Made by a program: the position numbers and the translations under genes
From: Naegleria gruberi
Lineage: Eukaryota
DNA length: 64,000 nt
Strand: one strand, 5' to 3'
NCBI GenBank assembly: GCA_000004985.1
Contig: GG738849.1
Notes under the pieces: model-generated
Told to the model about the DNA's origin: nothing
Database searches by the model: none
The model's input: the letters and a program-made list of their open reading frames with translations, nothing else
Shown here: piece by piece, positions 44,030-55,259 of the stretch
Layout of the letters: each line of letters starts with the position of its first letter
Numbering within the stretch: position 1 is the stretch's first letter

Positions 44030-47000
44030 ATGTCTGGAGTTGGATCTTGGTTTATAGGAGGATTCTCCAGGCTGACAGATCCTATTAAAAAAAGAATATT
44101 TAAATTCGTGATTAAAAGACTTCTCGGAAGGTTTATTGAAGAACCCGATCTATCACAACTAGATGTTCAACTACCAGGTTCTCAAACACATAGGAAGGCT
44201 TCACATATTTCTGGACAACAAACAGATCAAATAGCCTCTTTTGATTTTGAATTGAAGAATGTACAACTCAAAGTTAAGGAGATTAACGAGAATATTCTGA
44301 TGCACAACAGTAAACTATCACAATCATCAGACAAGGATGGAATACCATTTATACTATCGAGTGGATATATTGAAAAGATTTGCGTAAAAATACCTTCCCT
44401 TATGGATATTATGAAGGAATCAATGATATTAGAACTTAATGGTTTAGAAGTGCAATTACAATTTAATGGTATGAATGAGGATTCTGGTTTTGGTAATGCT
44501 GCAAACTCATTCTTATTTCATTCGACTACATTTCATGATCCAAATGTTTTAGCAACGAGTATTCTTTTAGGTGATGTTACTAAATCTGATATTGCTCACG
44601 AGTTTAAAGATTTGGAAAAGGAAGATTTTGAAGAAGAAACAGATCCAATGAATTCCAGTATGGACAGTTCAACTATATTTAGTGATACAAAACAAGAAGA
44701 TACTGTTGGATTCAATGAGGGACATACAATTATTTCCCAAGCTGTTGAAAGAGTAATTTCTCAGCTCAAAGCCTTCGTTACCAATGTAACTGTAAGATTA
44801 GAATTTCCAAAACCAAGAACTACTGCTCCAATTGATACTCCAGTTCGTATTAAGAAGGAACAACGTTTGAAGAATGTACTTTTATTGCACTTCCCTAGAT
44901 TGGAATATTTGGATGAAACACCTAAAACAGAATCATGGCCATCTAAATTCACATACTCATTCATATTTAAAGGAATATTTCTTCAAGTGTTTGAAGAGTA
45001 TCACTCTTCAGGGTATAAAGTAGATAAGGATGATGAATCAGACTTTCCATCATCAAGTGTTAAACGTGATATGAATTCTTCATCAGATTTTACACCAACC
45101 TCTAATTATATTGTAAATACTCAACCTTCAAATACACTCGACGAAGGTAACACTATTTTTTATGGAGAAACAGAAAATAACAAGATCAAGGTCAATATAA
45201 GACCTTCAACGAACGCAATGAATGGCTCCATATTTGGTACACCCTCACCAACATTTCCAATACCTAATTCAAGTTCTAAAATTGATATTGAATTTGACAT
45301 TACTTCGATTCACTCGGTTATCACACCTAGTCAAATGGATATTTTATTGCAGATATTTGAAACTTTGAATAGTCGAGGAATTAATGTTGGATTTGATTCG
45401 TTTGCTACATCCTCAAAGGAAGAAAAAGAAGCTTCACCAGAGTTTAAGAGTTTCAAAAGTGACCATTCTACTGATCAAATAGGTACGAATGCCATGCTTC
45501 AAAGTATCGAAATTCCAATCACTACAAAAATGTCAGAAACTACTCTCATCAAATATCAAGAAAAGTTGGAGAGGACCAAATTACATGAGGAAGAGGTTGA
45601 TTCTGAAAATTTCCAATTCCATACATTCGAAAGTGAACCATTTTCTGATGAATCTGAAACAGAAGAGCATCAAATTCCAGAAATTAGAAAACCTGCAGGT
45701 ACACCAAAAAAGAAAACAAGCCCTCCTATTGAAAAATCTCCAATGAAAAATGTAAATCACAGATTTCTTACAATACCAAAGGCAACAGATACTCCAGCAT
45801 TTGGCTATAATGATATTAACTTATCTTCCAGTTCTGTTCCATGTATTAACTTTAAGATTGACATCAAACTAAAGGCAGCAACATTTAATTTACTCTATGA
45901 AGATGCAAATTTGGGTACAATGTGGAGAACCTTCTTCCGATCACATGATCAAAATTCTGGACCAGACATACCTGGAATAGGGCATCTTTCATTGAGGTTT
46001 GTCAATGGAATTTCGTGTGGTGTAGCTTTTAGTACTGGTGGCATTGTTACTAATGACAATTTCTCAGGTATTGAGCAAAAGAATATCAACAAAACTGATA
46101 CCACTTTCCATTTGACATTTGGGGATGTTCAACTTTCGGAAAGATTATGTAAAGAGTCTTTTGGAGGAAGACACATCTATTCAGAGTTGAAGGTTTTAGA
46201 GTTTTTGAACAAACCAAAGGATTCATCTGATCCAATCATTGACTATACTTATCATTTCAAAAAACGAGAAAACCTAGTCAAACATACACTCCGAATTAAC
46301 AGTCAAATCCAACTTAGTTTTGATCCAGGATTCCTTCAAAGAATGAACAAGGTGTCAAGTAGACTTTTCTCAAAGTCATCTCTATTCACTAAAATCTCTG
46401 AAAATGCAAATACAAGTCAGTATGGAGCTGTCAATGCATTTAATGAAAATTTTGAACAGGCTATTCTAGATGACTTGGATAAGGATCAAACACAAATAGG
46501 AGCACCTCAGCGTGTTGCCTTTGATATTTTAACATGTGGCATTTTGATTGATATTTTATTGCCAAAAGAGGCAGAGAATGGTGAGACTGTATTCCAATCA
46601 ACCCACTCATATAAGCCAGATCGTCTCCGAATTGATTGTAAGGAGATTAAAGTTAAGGCTTCCTTTAGAGAGGATGGAAATCAAATGTTGATAGACAATG
46701 AATTATATCAAGACAGAATCCAAATCGATAAGAATGCAACAATTATACCTATTATTGTTGGTGAAACTAATTTGATACTCATTGAGAAAAAGACTGGCAC
46801 TAGTATCGTTAAGATTAGACCAATGAAGATTTTCGCTACAATCAAACCTTCTGATGAAAATCATTCTATGGAGGAAGATGTACTATACAAGTCTTATATT
46901 TCAGTGCCTGAGTCCGTTTCATCTGACTTTTATGATGAAGTAGAACACTCATCATTAGATTCTTCTGTTGAAGAGTTTAATGGAGAAGATGATGAACAAG

Positions 47001-50000
47001 ACATTAGTGAAGATAAATATATTGATCCATCACAGCATGAAGAGGACGTGGACTTCTCAATTGATTCAATTGAAGATACCATAATTGGTAGCAAGGCATT
47101 GGAAAAATCCAAAATTTCTATTATTATCGATCTTGCAGAAAAGAATTCTAAATCCTCTGATTTTAGTATTGAGATTAGCAGAGAACATTTCCAAAAGTTG
47201 AATGATTTTATTTCTAAAATATCTCAAGCTCTCTCTGCTGTGTTCGATGAAAACCAAGCCCACAAGAAACCTTCTCCAAAGACGATTGATTCCAACCCAT
47301 CTGTGGCCATCAAATTCACAAGTAATAACTTTACCGTACGTCTATTAGATACCAACATGAGCAGAAATTGTGTTTTGAAGTTCAAAAAACTAAACGCGCT
47401 GTTAGTTATGTTCTCTAATTGGATTTCCAAGGATAACCAAAAGTGCACTCTTATCAATGCATACATTTCAAATGAGAGCATTACATTTTATGATGAAATT
47501 GCTAACTCACGTAGCTATATTTTACGCAGAGAGGATAAACTTGTAAAGGGATTTAGACAAGCCAAGAATTGCACAAACATCTCTGTGAATGTTGAGCTCT
47601 ATAACAAGTCCATCTCTGTTCAACCAAAGATATTTTTCTCTGGACTCTTCTTGGGATCCATGTTCCCTACCGAGGAAAATAATTGGAGAAAATTCTTGAC
47701 TCAATTCTTTGCCAGTGATTCCAAGACAGAACAAAAGATGATTCTCGACATCAAGACAGTTCTTCAAGACTGTGCTCTTGACTACCAGCCTAAAGACTCT
47801 GGAAATAGGCTGATACTTTTGGTGGACAAGCTTGGATTCCATACACACCTTAATTTACCAACACCATCAAAGAACACTATCTATGATATTAATTTTGAGG
47901 GTATGAGTTTACTATTGCACAATAACTTTGTCCACGATATTCCAAAATATCTACAAGAAGAAATCAAAAACAAGAGAATACCAAGAAGTGAATTTGGTTT
48001 CATCAATGAGCTTCACTATCTTTGCTTTGTGACAATTGCAAGCCTTGACAAACTTAATCTCAAATTCACACAGAGATCTGTCTCTGTCGAGGAATCACAG
48101 GCATCCTTAATCTTTGCATCCTCAACACAAGTAGATTTATTGGGACAGAGTAGTATTTACAAATCTAAAATTGTTAGCAAATTTGCTCTTACTGACAAGG
48201 AGAAGGAAATATTTAAACATAAGGAGCCAATCACTAAATTAGAGATTTCTGATGGAACCCTTATTGTGAACCTTTGTAAAGATTCATTGTCAACATTACA
48301 AGATGTAATCAAACAAATGACAGCACAATTTGCAACTCCATCATCAAGTGAGCAAAAGGTAACTGAACCAGAGAACCCTATTGTGATTAGATATCCTTCT
48401 CTTGAAGAGATTGATAACCCTGTCTTTACATCAAGCACTCCACAAAACTCTGTGAACATCTTTGAGGGAGTCAATGATTTACAGTTTGGTTTCTCTCCAA
48501 AGTTTACGAATAGTGCCGTCACAGAAGGAGAATATGCATTACCAAATAGAAAAACAAACACAAGAACTTTACCTTCTTCCAATAACTCATCAGCCTCAAA
48601 ATTATCAAGGGAAGACAGTGGAAAGACCTTGACTCCTGTCAAGACAGAACCACAACCAACTGGACTAATGTCTTGGGTTACCTCTCTCATGAATGATTAC
48701 TTGACAGAAGATGACTCAAAACCGCAACAGATTAAACCAACCATAACACCTGGATCAACATCTTACTATCCACAAACATCATCAGACGATGAAGACGACG
48801 ATGTTATCGTCACTAGTATTTACAAAGATGGGGTTGGTAGTAGTACCATGCTTGGTCAAAAGTCAACAAATACCAAGACATTACTCTCCTCCTTCATTCA
48901 AGAGCATACCTACTTTCCAACCATTAAGAAGGAAGATTTAGAGAATGATTCACGTCTACCATTAGATTATCCAACACCATCCTTTGAATTGGTACTATCA
49001 AAGTGTAATATTCTGTGTCACATTTTTGGAGGTAAAGATTGGGCTGACAATTCAGAAAGCGATCAAATGAACACTAGCCAATCTTCCACCACCTCTTCCA
49101 CTTTCTTACAATTTGGTGATTTAATACAATCCACCAGAGACCACACAAAACTGGTACAATTGAATCTGAACGATTTGTTACTGCAATACGATACCTTCCC
49201 TAATAGTGTTGCCAACTCTAATGTTTCTAGACTTTCATTTTCTATTACTGACATTGAACTTTTGGATAAGTTGAAAGAGTCAAACAGAAATAAGATTCTT
49301 AAATATTGGGAGACTGAATCTGAGCCTAGAGAAACTGACAGTAAAATGATTAGTCTTCTTCATGAGGTGATTAGACAAAAGGGTGCAACAAATGCAAATG
49401 AAGTTAGATTGGATATTGATATTCTGCCAATTCGTCTCAATGTTCACCAATCCACAATGGAATTTATAATTGAATTTTTTACATCTAATAAGGATGAAAT
49501 TCCTACCACACTACAAAATACTACAATGGAGGAAACAAAACCAACCTACTTCCAACAAGTTCATATTAGTCCAATTCAATTCAAAGTCGATTATCAACCT
49601 GTAAGAGTTAATCTTGATGCAGTCAAAGAGAATGGAATTACATCCTACAAGTCTGTAGCTCAAATGGTAAATCTAGTCCCAATTAACGGTGCTGAAGTCA
49701 AGATTAAACCAATCCAACTCAATGGTATCAGTGGCATTGAAGAGGTTGTTTCAAAATCTACAGCTCTCATTTTGGATTCAATTGATACTGGTGATATTTT
49801 CAGAGCATTATTGGGAATTATGCCTATCAAATCAATGTACAGCATTGGTACAGGTGTTGCTGATTTGGTTGTTCTCCCAATTCAATCCTATCAAACAGAT
49901 GGTCAAGTGCTGAGAGGATTAAGAAGAGGATTATCATCCTTTGTTACCAATCTGTCTGTTGGAACCGTACAACTTACCTCTAATGCTGCTACAGGTGTTA

Positions 50001-50377
50001 ACTATGTAGTTCAGAAAACTGATCAATATGTTAAGCAAAGCAGTGGTCTTGGCAAATTTATTAATTATGATTATGTTCAAGATGATGATGGGGATATTAG
50101 AACAGTACCAAACACTCCTCCACCTGCTGATGAAGATTTGCCAACCAATATTAACAATGCCATTCAAAGAGCTTACAGAGATATCAGCACTGGATTTGAA
50201 GATGCTAAACTTGCTGTCATTGCCATTCCAAAATCTGGTAATGTGTGGACTATTCCAAGAGTTGTACTCTCACCTCTGGCTGGTATGACAGGAGCTATCT
50301 CTAATCTTATGATTGGTATCAGAAGTGAAGTTGATTCTTCTTACAGACAAGAAAACAAAGACCTTTACAAAAAATAA
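44030..50377 (+). CDS. ATG2: Autophagy-related protein 2 (ATG2; chorein_N / lipid-transfer family), single 6.3-kb exon
   Basis: The N-terminus DPIKKRIFKFVIKRLLGRFIEEPDLSQLDVQL matches the chorein_N/ATG2 N-terminus ([29 protein letters not shown]). The C-terminus GTGVADLVVLPIQSYQTDGQVLRGLRRGLSSFV matches the ATG_C motif. Length is 2115 aa. Confidence 0.7.
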   Translation: MSGVGSWFIGGFSRLTDPIKKRIFKFVIKRLLGRFIEEPDLSQLDVQLPGSQTHRKASHISGQQTDQIASFDFELKNVQLKVKEINENILMHNSKLSQSSDKDGIPFILSSGYIEKICVKIPSLMDIMKESMILELNGLEVQLQFNGMNEDSGFGNAANSFLFHSTTFHDPNVLATSILLGDVTKSDIAHEFKDLEKEDFEEETDPMNSSMDSSTIFSDTKQEDTVGFNEGHTIISQAVERVISQLKAFVTNVTVRLEFPKPRTTAPIDTPVRIKKEQRLKNVLLLHFPRLEYLDETPKTESWPSKFTYSFIFKGIFLQVFEEYHSSGYKVDKDDESDFPSSSVKRDMNSSSDFTPTSNYIVNTQPSNTLDEGNTIFYGETENNKIKVNIRPSTNAMNGSIFGTPSPTFPIPNSSSKIDIEFDITSIHSVITPSQMDILLQIFETLNSRGINVGFDSFATSSKEEKEASPEFKSFKSDHSTDQIGTNAMLQSIEIPITTKMSETTLIKYQEKLERTKLHEEEVDSENFQFHTFESEPFSDESETEEHQIPEIRKPAGTPKKKTSPPIEKSPMKNVNHRFLTIPKATDTPAFGYNDINLSSSSVPCINFKIDIKLKAATFNLLYEDANLGTMWRTFFRSHDQNSGPDIPGIGHLSLRFVNGISCGVAFSTGGIVTNDNFSGIEQKNINKTDTTFHLTFGDVQLSERLCKESFGGRHIYSELKVLEFLNKPKDSSDPIIDYTYHFKKRENLVKHTLRINSQIQLSFDPGFLQRMNKVSSRLFSKSSLFTKISENANTSQYGAVNAFNENFEQAILDDLDKDQTQIGAPQRVAFDILTCGILIDILLPKEAENGETVFQSTHSYKPDRLRIDCKEIKVKASFREDGNQMLIDNELYQDRIQIDKNATIIPIIVGETNLILIEKKTGTSIVKIRPMKIFATIKPSDENHSMEEDVLYKSYISVPESVSSDFYDEVEHSSLDSSVEEFNGEDDEQDISEDKYIDPSQHEEDVDFSIDSIEDTIIGSKALEKSKISIIIDLAEKNSKSSDFSIEISREHFQKLNDFISKISQALSAVFDENQAHKKPSPKTIDSNPSVAIKFTSNNFTVRLLDTNMSRNCVLKFKKLNALLVMFSNWISKDNQKCTLINAYISNESITFYDEIANSRSYILRREDKLVKGFRQAKNCTNISVNVELYNKSISVQPKIFFSGLFLGSMFPTEENNWRKFLTQFFASDSKTEQKMILDIKTVLQDCALDYQPKDSGNRLILLVDKLGFHTHLNLPTPSKNTIYDINFEGMSLLLHNNFVHDIPKYLQEEIKNKRIPRSEFGFINELHYLCFVTIASLDKLNLKFTQRSVSVEESQASLIFASSTQVDLLGQSSIYKSKIVSKFALTDKEKEIFKHKEPITKLEISDGTLIVNLCKDSLSTLQDVIKQMTAQFATPSSSEQKVTEPENPIVIRYPSLEEIDNPVFTSSTPQNSVNIFEGVNDLQFGFSPKFTNSAVTEGEYALPNRKTNTRTLPSSNNSSASKLSREDSGKTLTPVKTEPQPTGLMSWVTSLMNDYLTEDDSKPQQIKPTITPGSTSYYPQTSSDDEDDDVIVTSIYKDGVGSSTMLGQKSTNTKTLLSSFIQEHTYFPTIKKEDLENDSRLPLDYPTPSFELVLSKCNILCHIFGGKDWADNSESDQMNTSQSSTTSSTFLQFGDLIQSTRDHTKLVQLNLNDLLLQYDTFPNSVANSNVSRLSFSITDIELLDKLKESNRNKILKYWETESEPRETDSKMISLLHEVIRQKGATNANEVRLDIDILPIRLNVHQSTMEFIIEFFTSNKDEIPTTLQNTTMEETKPTYFQQVHISPIQFKVDYQPVRVNLDAVKENGITSYKSVAQMVNLVPINGAEVKIKPIQLNGISGIEEVVSKSTALILDSIDTGDIFRALLGIMPIKSMYSIGTGVADLVVLPIQSYQTDGQVLRGLRRGLSSFVTNLSVGTVQLTSNAATGVNYVVQKTDQYVKQSSGLGKFINYDYVQDDDGDIRTVPNTPPPADEDLPTNINNAIQRAYRDISTGFEDAKLAVIAIPKSGNVWTIPRVVLSPLAGMTGAISNLMIGIRSEVDSSYRQENKDLYKK

Positions 50378-50380
50378 AAA

Positions 50381-53146
50381 TCACTCAAATAATATTCTTC
50401 TCCTTTGATCTGTAATATGTCTATCATAATTTTGATTAGAAATGGCTTTGCCTCTAGTTTCTAAATCCAGTTGATTTTGTAACAATTTGTATTCCTCATC
50501 CTGAGTGAGCCTATGCTGATATCGTTCATACTTGCCCATTTCCTTTTGTACTTTGGATTTGAAAGAAGTATCATCTTGAATAACTCCACTATTTCTAAGA
50601 AAGTCTCTTGTTTGATTTTTCTTCTTGTCCCTTTCATTGCTTACCTTCTTTTGCATGTAAACCTCCACTTTGTTTTTAAACCAATCCTTTTCTCCATCTG
50701 TTTTACAAATAAAAGTTTCAATGTGTTTAAAAGCTGCCTTTCGCATTACTTGATGTCTCTCTTGCTCAAATTGTGAATCAATGTTTTGGGAAACAGCCGA
50801 CATTTCTAAAGTACTATCTGTATAAAATGATTCGTATTCAAGTGTTTCTTGTAGAGATGTCACATAGCTCAAAACAAAGTGCTCACCCTCACTTTCTTTC
50901 GTGGATTTGTTTTTGATTATGTTAGTAATACAATAATCCCTTACGAGCTCTATTCTTTCCTCCCATTTATAGGGAATATAATATAACTGTGATTCTGAAT
51001 TCTCATCCAACTCGGAGTTTAAAACATAATTACTAATCTTTTCAATTAGATTTTGAATAACATGTTTTTTCTTAACTACTTTCAGGTCCAACAGTTCTTT
51101 CAACTTTTCCTCATCATCATTTCCTTTGAAAATCCATTCAAACAATAATGTGGAACTCTCCAATTCTATATCTGATTTTGTGAGATAGGGTAATATATCA
51201 CTGTATCGACTACTTGTCTCAATATATTGGGTTGCCTTCTTGAGAAGATTCTGTACAATGCTCAAATTATGAAGAGGACCCTCTGAGGAAATTAAATGTT
51301 GGAATTTAGAGAAAGGTACATCACCAATTTCCTCCTTGATAGCTTTCAGAAATTGAAAAGATCTAGCTTGTATTTGTTCCATATGATATCGTTCTACTGA
51401 ATTTAGATCTCTAAATGTTTCAATATCATGTCTTGTAATTGTTTCAAGATTTTTGAGAAATGACGGGTAGGATAATTTCAAATTCTCACCCAACATTTTG
51501 GGAATTTCGTCTCTTCTCTCCAAAAAACTTTCCAACTCCATATTCGATAGCTTTACCTTGACTCTATCTAGAAACATATTCTTAAATTCGTTGGATAAGT
51601 CTTCAGGACGAATGTATTCATTAGAATCGATATGAGGTTTGAGAATTGATTTTTCCAATAAACCTTGATACTTCTTATGTTTGTGGTATTCCAATTTTTT
51701 CAATAGAATTTTAGTAATCATTTCGCTCACAACTTGTTTGTGTTCGGTTGATTCCCAGACACTCTCCAGATTTTCAAGATGTTTGAGTCGGTACTGTAAC
51801 TCTTTCTCCTTTTGCTTGATCTGTTCTTCCTTTTTCTGTATGATCTTTTTTGGATCTCTATATAATGGAATCTGTATATTGATTGGACCAACAATATCTC
51901 TATATTGATTCATCCAATTATCAATTTCCCTCGACATGTTTGATGATCGACCCATACTATTAATTCTACTGGAGAAGGTATTATTATTCCAATATGATAA
52001 GCTATTGTTATTATTGCTTTGTAATTGAGTATCATCCATCGAAATGGAAAAATCCTTCTTCCTCTCATTATTTCTATTCTTATTCTGCAAATAGTTAAGA
52101 TAAACTTTTTTGGAAAAATCCACAATTCCCTTGTAGTGAACTCTCTTACTATCTCGTTGTTTGATTGGTTTTTCTGTCTTGTCTATAATATTATTAACGC
52201 TCTCATCATCCAACATTTGAATACCAGGAATTGGTATTAATCTTCTTTGAAGTAGCTGCATAATTGTCATTGAAATAATTTTCAATGCTCTCTTAGAAGT
52301 ACTCTCTCCTGATTGTTGTACAGCTGATGATTGGTTACCATGTCGAGAGTGAATATTGCTCAACTCTGAGGAAATGTTCTCCGTTTCTGATTTTAATCTT
52401 TTCAGTTCTGAAACTATAAATTGAACCAAGGATCTACCATTTTGAGCATTTGGAAGAAACTTATCAATAGCAATTTCCAACAACTCTTTCGGTATTCTTC
52501 TGTATTCCCTTTCTTTTAATTGAAGTTGATAGAGAGCTGTTCTAAGTGCATGTTTAAATTCGTACAATGTAATACTGGTTTCTCCCATCACATTTAACAA
52601 AATTTCAAAAACCTCAGTCTTCAGTTGTTCCCAAATCAAATCCATATTTTGATTTTCAATTCGGCCAGAAGAAGATTTTGAAGATGTCATTTGAGTATTC
52701 TTCCAACTTGAATATTGAGTGTTAGATTGTAACCATTCATCCTGATCATGAAAAAAGTCAACAACCTCTCCATTATTCCACATTAAATTATCCATCATTT
52801 TCCTGATATGATTTTCAATTTCTTCCATTCCTGATTTCTTTTCTAATTTTCTGGAAATGTATCGTGTTAGTTTTTGATATAGTTTTTTGAATTTGGGATG
52901 AACAGAAGGTGAATCACCTTGTGATGACGTTAAACTAAATAAATAGGGACATGTTTTAATTAATATTTGGTTCGGAATTTGATTACCAATAGAGGTTGAT
53001 TCATCATTTTCTTCTGATAATTCTTGTTTGATAGAAGATTGTAAAATCCTATTAAATAAATATTCATTATTTCCTTCCGATGATTTCTTGTTGTTATTAA
53101 CAATACTATTAGATAAATCGTCTAACCAATTATCATTCTCGCTCAT
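50381..53146 (-). CDS. Hypothetical 921-aa protein (helical/coiled-coil rich, no recognised domain)
   Basis: Complete ORF from Met to stop. It is N/K/E-rich with coiled-coil segments (QIKQKEKELQYRLKHLENLE). Its stop codon lies 3 bp from the ATG2 stop on the opposite strand. Confidence 0.45.
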   Translation of the reverse strand: MSENDNWLDDLSNSIVNNNKKSSEGNNEYLFNRILQSSIKQELSEENDESTSIGNQIPNQILIKTCPYLFSLTSSQGDSPSVHPKFKKLYQKLTRYISRKLEKKSGMEEIENHIRKMMDNLMWNNGEVVDFFHDQDEWLQSNTQYSSWKNTQMTSSKSSSGRIENQNMDLIWEQLKTEVFEILLNVMGETSITLYEFKHALRTALYQLQLKEREYRRIPKELLEIAIDKFLPNAQNGRSLVQFIVSELKRLKSETENISSELSNIHSRHGNQSSAVQQSGESTSKRALKIISMTIMQLLQRRLIPIPGIQMLDDESVNNIIDKTEKPIKQRDSKRVHYKGIVDFSKKVYLNYLQNKNRNNERKKDFSISMDDTQLQSNNNNSLSYWNNNTFSSRINSMGRSSNMSREIDNWMNQYRDIVGPINIQIPLYRDPKKIIQKKEEQIKQKEKELQYRLKHLENLESVWESTEHKQVVSEMITKILLKKLEYHKHKKYQGLLEKSILKPHIDSNEYIRPEDLSNEFKNMFLDRVKVKLSNMELESFLERRDEIPKMLGENLKLSYPSFLKNLETITRHDIETFRDLNSVERYHMEQIQARSFQFLKAIKEEIGDVPFSKFQHLISSEGPLHNLSIVQNLLKKATQYIETSSRYSDILPYLTKSDIELESSTLLFEWIFKGNDDEEKLKELLDLKVVKKKHVIQNLIEKISNYVLNSELDENSESQLYYIPYKWEERIELVRDYCITNIIKNKSTKESEGEHFVLSYVTSLQETLEYESFYTDSTLEMSAVSQNIDSQFEQERHQVMRKAAFKHIETFICKTDGEKDWFKNKVEVYMQKKVSNERDKKKNQTRDFLRNSGVIQDDTSFKSKVQKEMGKYERYQHRLTQDEEYKLLQNQLDLETRGKAISNQNYDRHITDQRRRILFE

Positions 53147-53231
53147 TGTATGGTTAATGCATTTTTATAATTTAAATTTTAGTTATTTATTTCCTAGGGC
53201 TGTTTAATGATCGAATTAGCACACTTATGGC

Positions 53232-54029
53232 TTATTCTTCATCAGCAGCTTCTTCTTCTTCATCAATCTTAGGAGCCAAATAGTAACGAATATAACAATC
53301 TTCAATAAACTTGAATTCAACCAACAATGGTGATTCCTTTGAGAGGTACAAACCAACTTGATTACTCAAGGAGGCAGATTTACAGAAAGTATTCAAGTAT
53401 TTCAAAGCAAATGTCAAACTGACAGATTCCTTCAATTGAATTGAAGTAGATTCATCACTCTTGTCAGCCTTTGTGTTTTCTCTGACAGTAATACTTCCGC
53501 TACCTGATTCACCAGTTACAGAGAATTTAACACCATCCTTGTTGACAGAAACAGTGACAGTATCACCAATAGTTTGCAAATCAGAACAAATCTTCTTGAA
53601 TTCAGCTGCTGGCATGGTAATTTCAGCAGTATAATCTGGTTCTGGAATGCCAACTGGTTCGGCATCAATTTCGATCAACTTCATTTCAAATTCACTCATT
53701 CTTTCTCCATTCTTGCTTTCGAATGTAAGAGCGAGGTTGTTTGGTTCATCAGAAGCCTTCAAGGAAATGGCATCATCCTTACCGGCACACTTTAACATCT
53801 TGTTCATGGCTTGCATGCTGATACCCAAGACAACATTCTTATCACATCTGTATCTTTCAAAGGCGTCCTTCTTGAGCATGAGGTGAACAAGAGAGACGTG
53901 AGCAGTGTCCATGGCTTGAAGGGCCATACCGTTACTATTACAATCAAAGTTAGCATCATTGACTAATTCCTTGATGGCATCGAGGATCTTCTTGAGGATT
54001 TCACCTTGTTGGAGTTTTGCTTCGAGCAT
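53232..54029 (-). CDS. PCNA: Proliferating cell nuclear antigen
   Basis: MLEAKLQQGEILKKILDAIKELVNDANFDC...LTFALKYLNTFCKSASLS...YYLAPKIDEEE is collinear with PCNA along its full length. Confidence 0.9.
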   Translation of the reverse strand: MLEAKLQQGEILKKILDAIKELVNDANFDCNSNGMALQAMDTAHVSLVHLMLKKDAFERYRCDKNVVLGISMQAMNKMLKCAGKDDAISLKASDEPNNLALTFESKNGERMSEFEMKLIEIDAEPVGIPEPDYTAEITMPAAEFKKICSDLQTIGDTVTVSVNKDGVKFSVTGESGSGSITVRENTKADKSDESTSIQLKESVSLTFALKYLNTFCKSASLSNQVGLYLSKESPLLVEFKFIEDCYIRYYLAPKIDEEEEAADEE

Positions 54030-54267
54030 TTTGAATAAATTATATGGTGATTATTTACACGGTTTGTGTGTTTGAATTTTTTTTGATTTTTAAAAAAGTT
54101 TAGCGCCAACTCGATTCCTTTTGACTGCTAAATTTTTAAATTTTTAACGTAACGGACGTGTGAACAGGCGCGAGCGGGAGAGTTTTGTTTTGTAATGTGA
54201 CAGATTTCAGCAAGTACAGTTAAAAACCACCATTTTACAAACTTTATTGATAACGGAGAACAATAAA

Positions 54268-55209
54268 CTAAATATTTTTTTTTATTATCCACTTATCAAA
54301 TGGTGGTTGAGATTTCATAGTATTCAATTTGATAACGTAGGTGGATTCTCTCTTTTTAATTTCGTGGTATGTTTTCATGTTTGGTTCCTTGTTTTCCAAT
54401 AGTTGAGCCAGTTCTGCACTCAGTTCCTTTCTTTTAATACAATTAATGAAGGATTTAAAGAAGATGTGTTTAGATAGTTGAGTGGCTGCTTTTGGAGTAT
54501 TTTCATCCTTCTTGGTTGTTCCTTGTTTGTGACCTTTCATACCAATAACAACTTCCTCAACATGAGATTGATTTTCCTGTGCTAAATTCAAGTAAGATCC
54601 TATACTATATCCACTGCCTTTTATCTTTGTTTCTGAAGCTCTATCAGAGAAATGTGGAATATTCGATACACCTTCCTTAAATAAGTAAAACGAAGGAGTC
54701 TTGGTACTTAATTGGTCAACTCTATCAACAATTGATTGATTCAATCGTTGTTGTGTGAGTTCCAAATCCAATTTAGATTTTTCACTCAACAATATTAAGA
54801 ATTTGTCAACAAAAATTGGTTCAAAAAAGTTTGATAATAATGATCCTTGAATTCCTACAACATTCCACTTTGTAATCTTGTCACTGCAGGACATGCTCTG
54901 ATTTCTTGAGCCTCCTCCAGGTTTTAGACGAACTAGATTGATAGTTTGATCCTCTCCAAACTTTTCATGAGTGCATGAATCGTTATGAATAATTTTAGAA
55001 CCAGTTCTACCTTCCAGTATTACCTTCTTTCTTTGTTTTTGGTTCTGATGAGTTTAGTTCTGTTTCATCTAGTTTCCGTTTCATATCATTCGGTTCAACA
55101 TTTTCAGACTTGTTGAGCTGTTCTTCATTATTTGCCTGGCTGTTTTGTTCAATAGTTTCACTTCCACTACTGACAGTACTAGGAGAATTAACAATTGAAC
55201 AATCCCCAC
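54268..55209 (-). CDS. ADAT1: ADAT1-like, exon 3 / C-terminal region (contains a reading-frame discontinuity near 55010-55060)
   Basis: A 50-nt intron spans 55210..55259 with acceptor TTTTCAAG, restoring PC-GDC (the PCGD Zn motif). Downstream [32 protein letters not shown] matches ADAT1 ([30 protein letters not shown]). The upstream part of this region, however, is in a different frame that stops at a TAG near 55012. Confidence 0.5.
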
Positions 55210-55259
55210 CTTGAAAATAATTCTTCTAATAAAATTATGAAAACAATCCAATAACATAC

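Noticed and set aside
55020-55032. A 13-nt micro-intron (gtaatactggaag) as the explanation for the ADAT1 frame switch
   Set aside because: It is far below any plausible spliceosomal intron length. The discontinuity is reported as unresolved instead.
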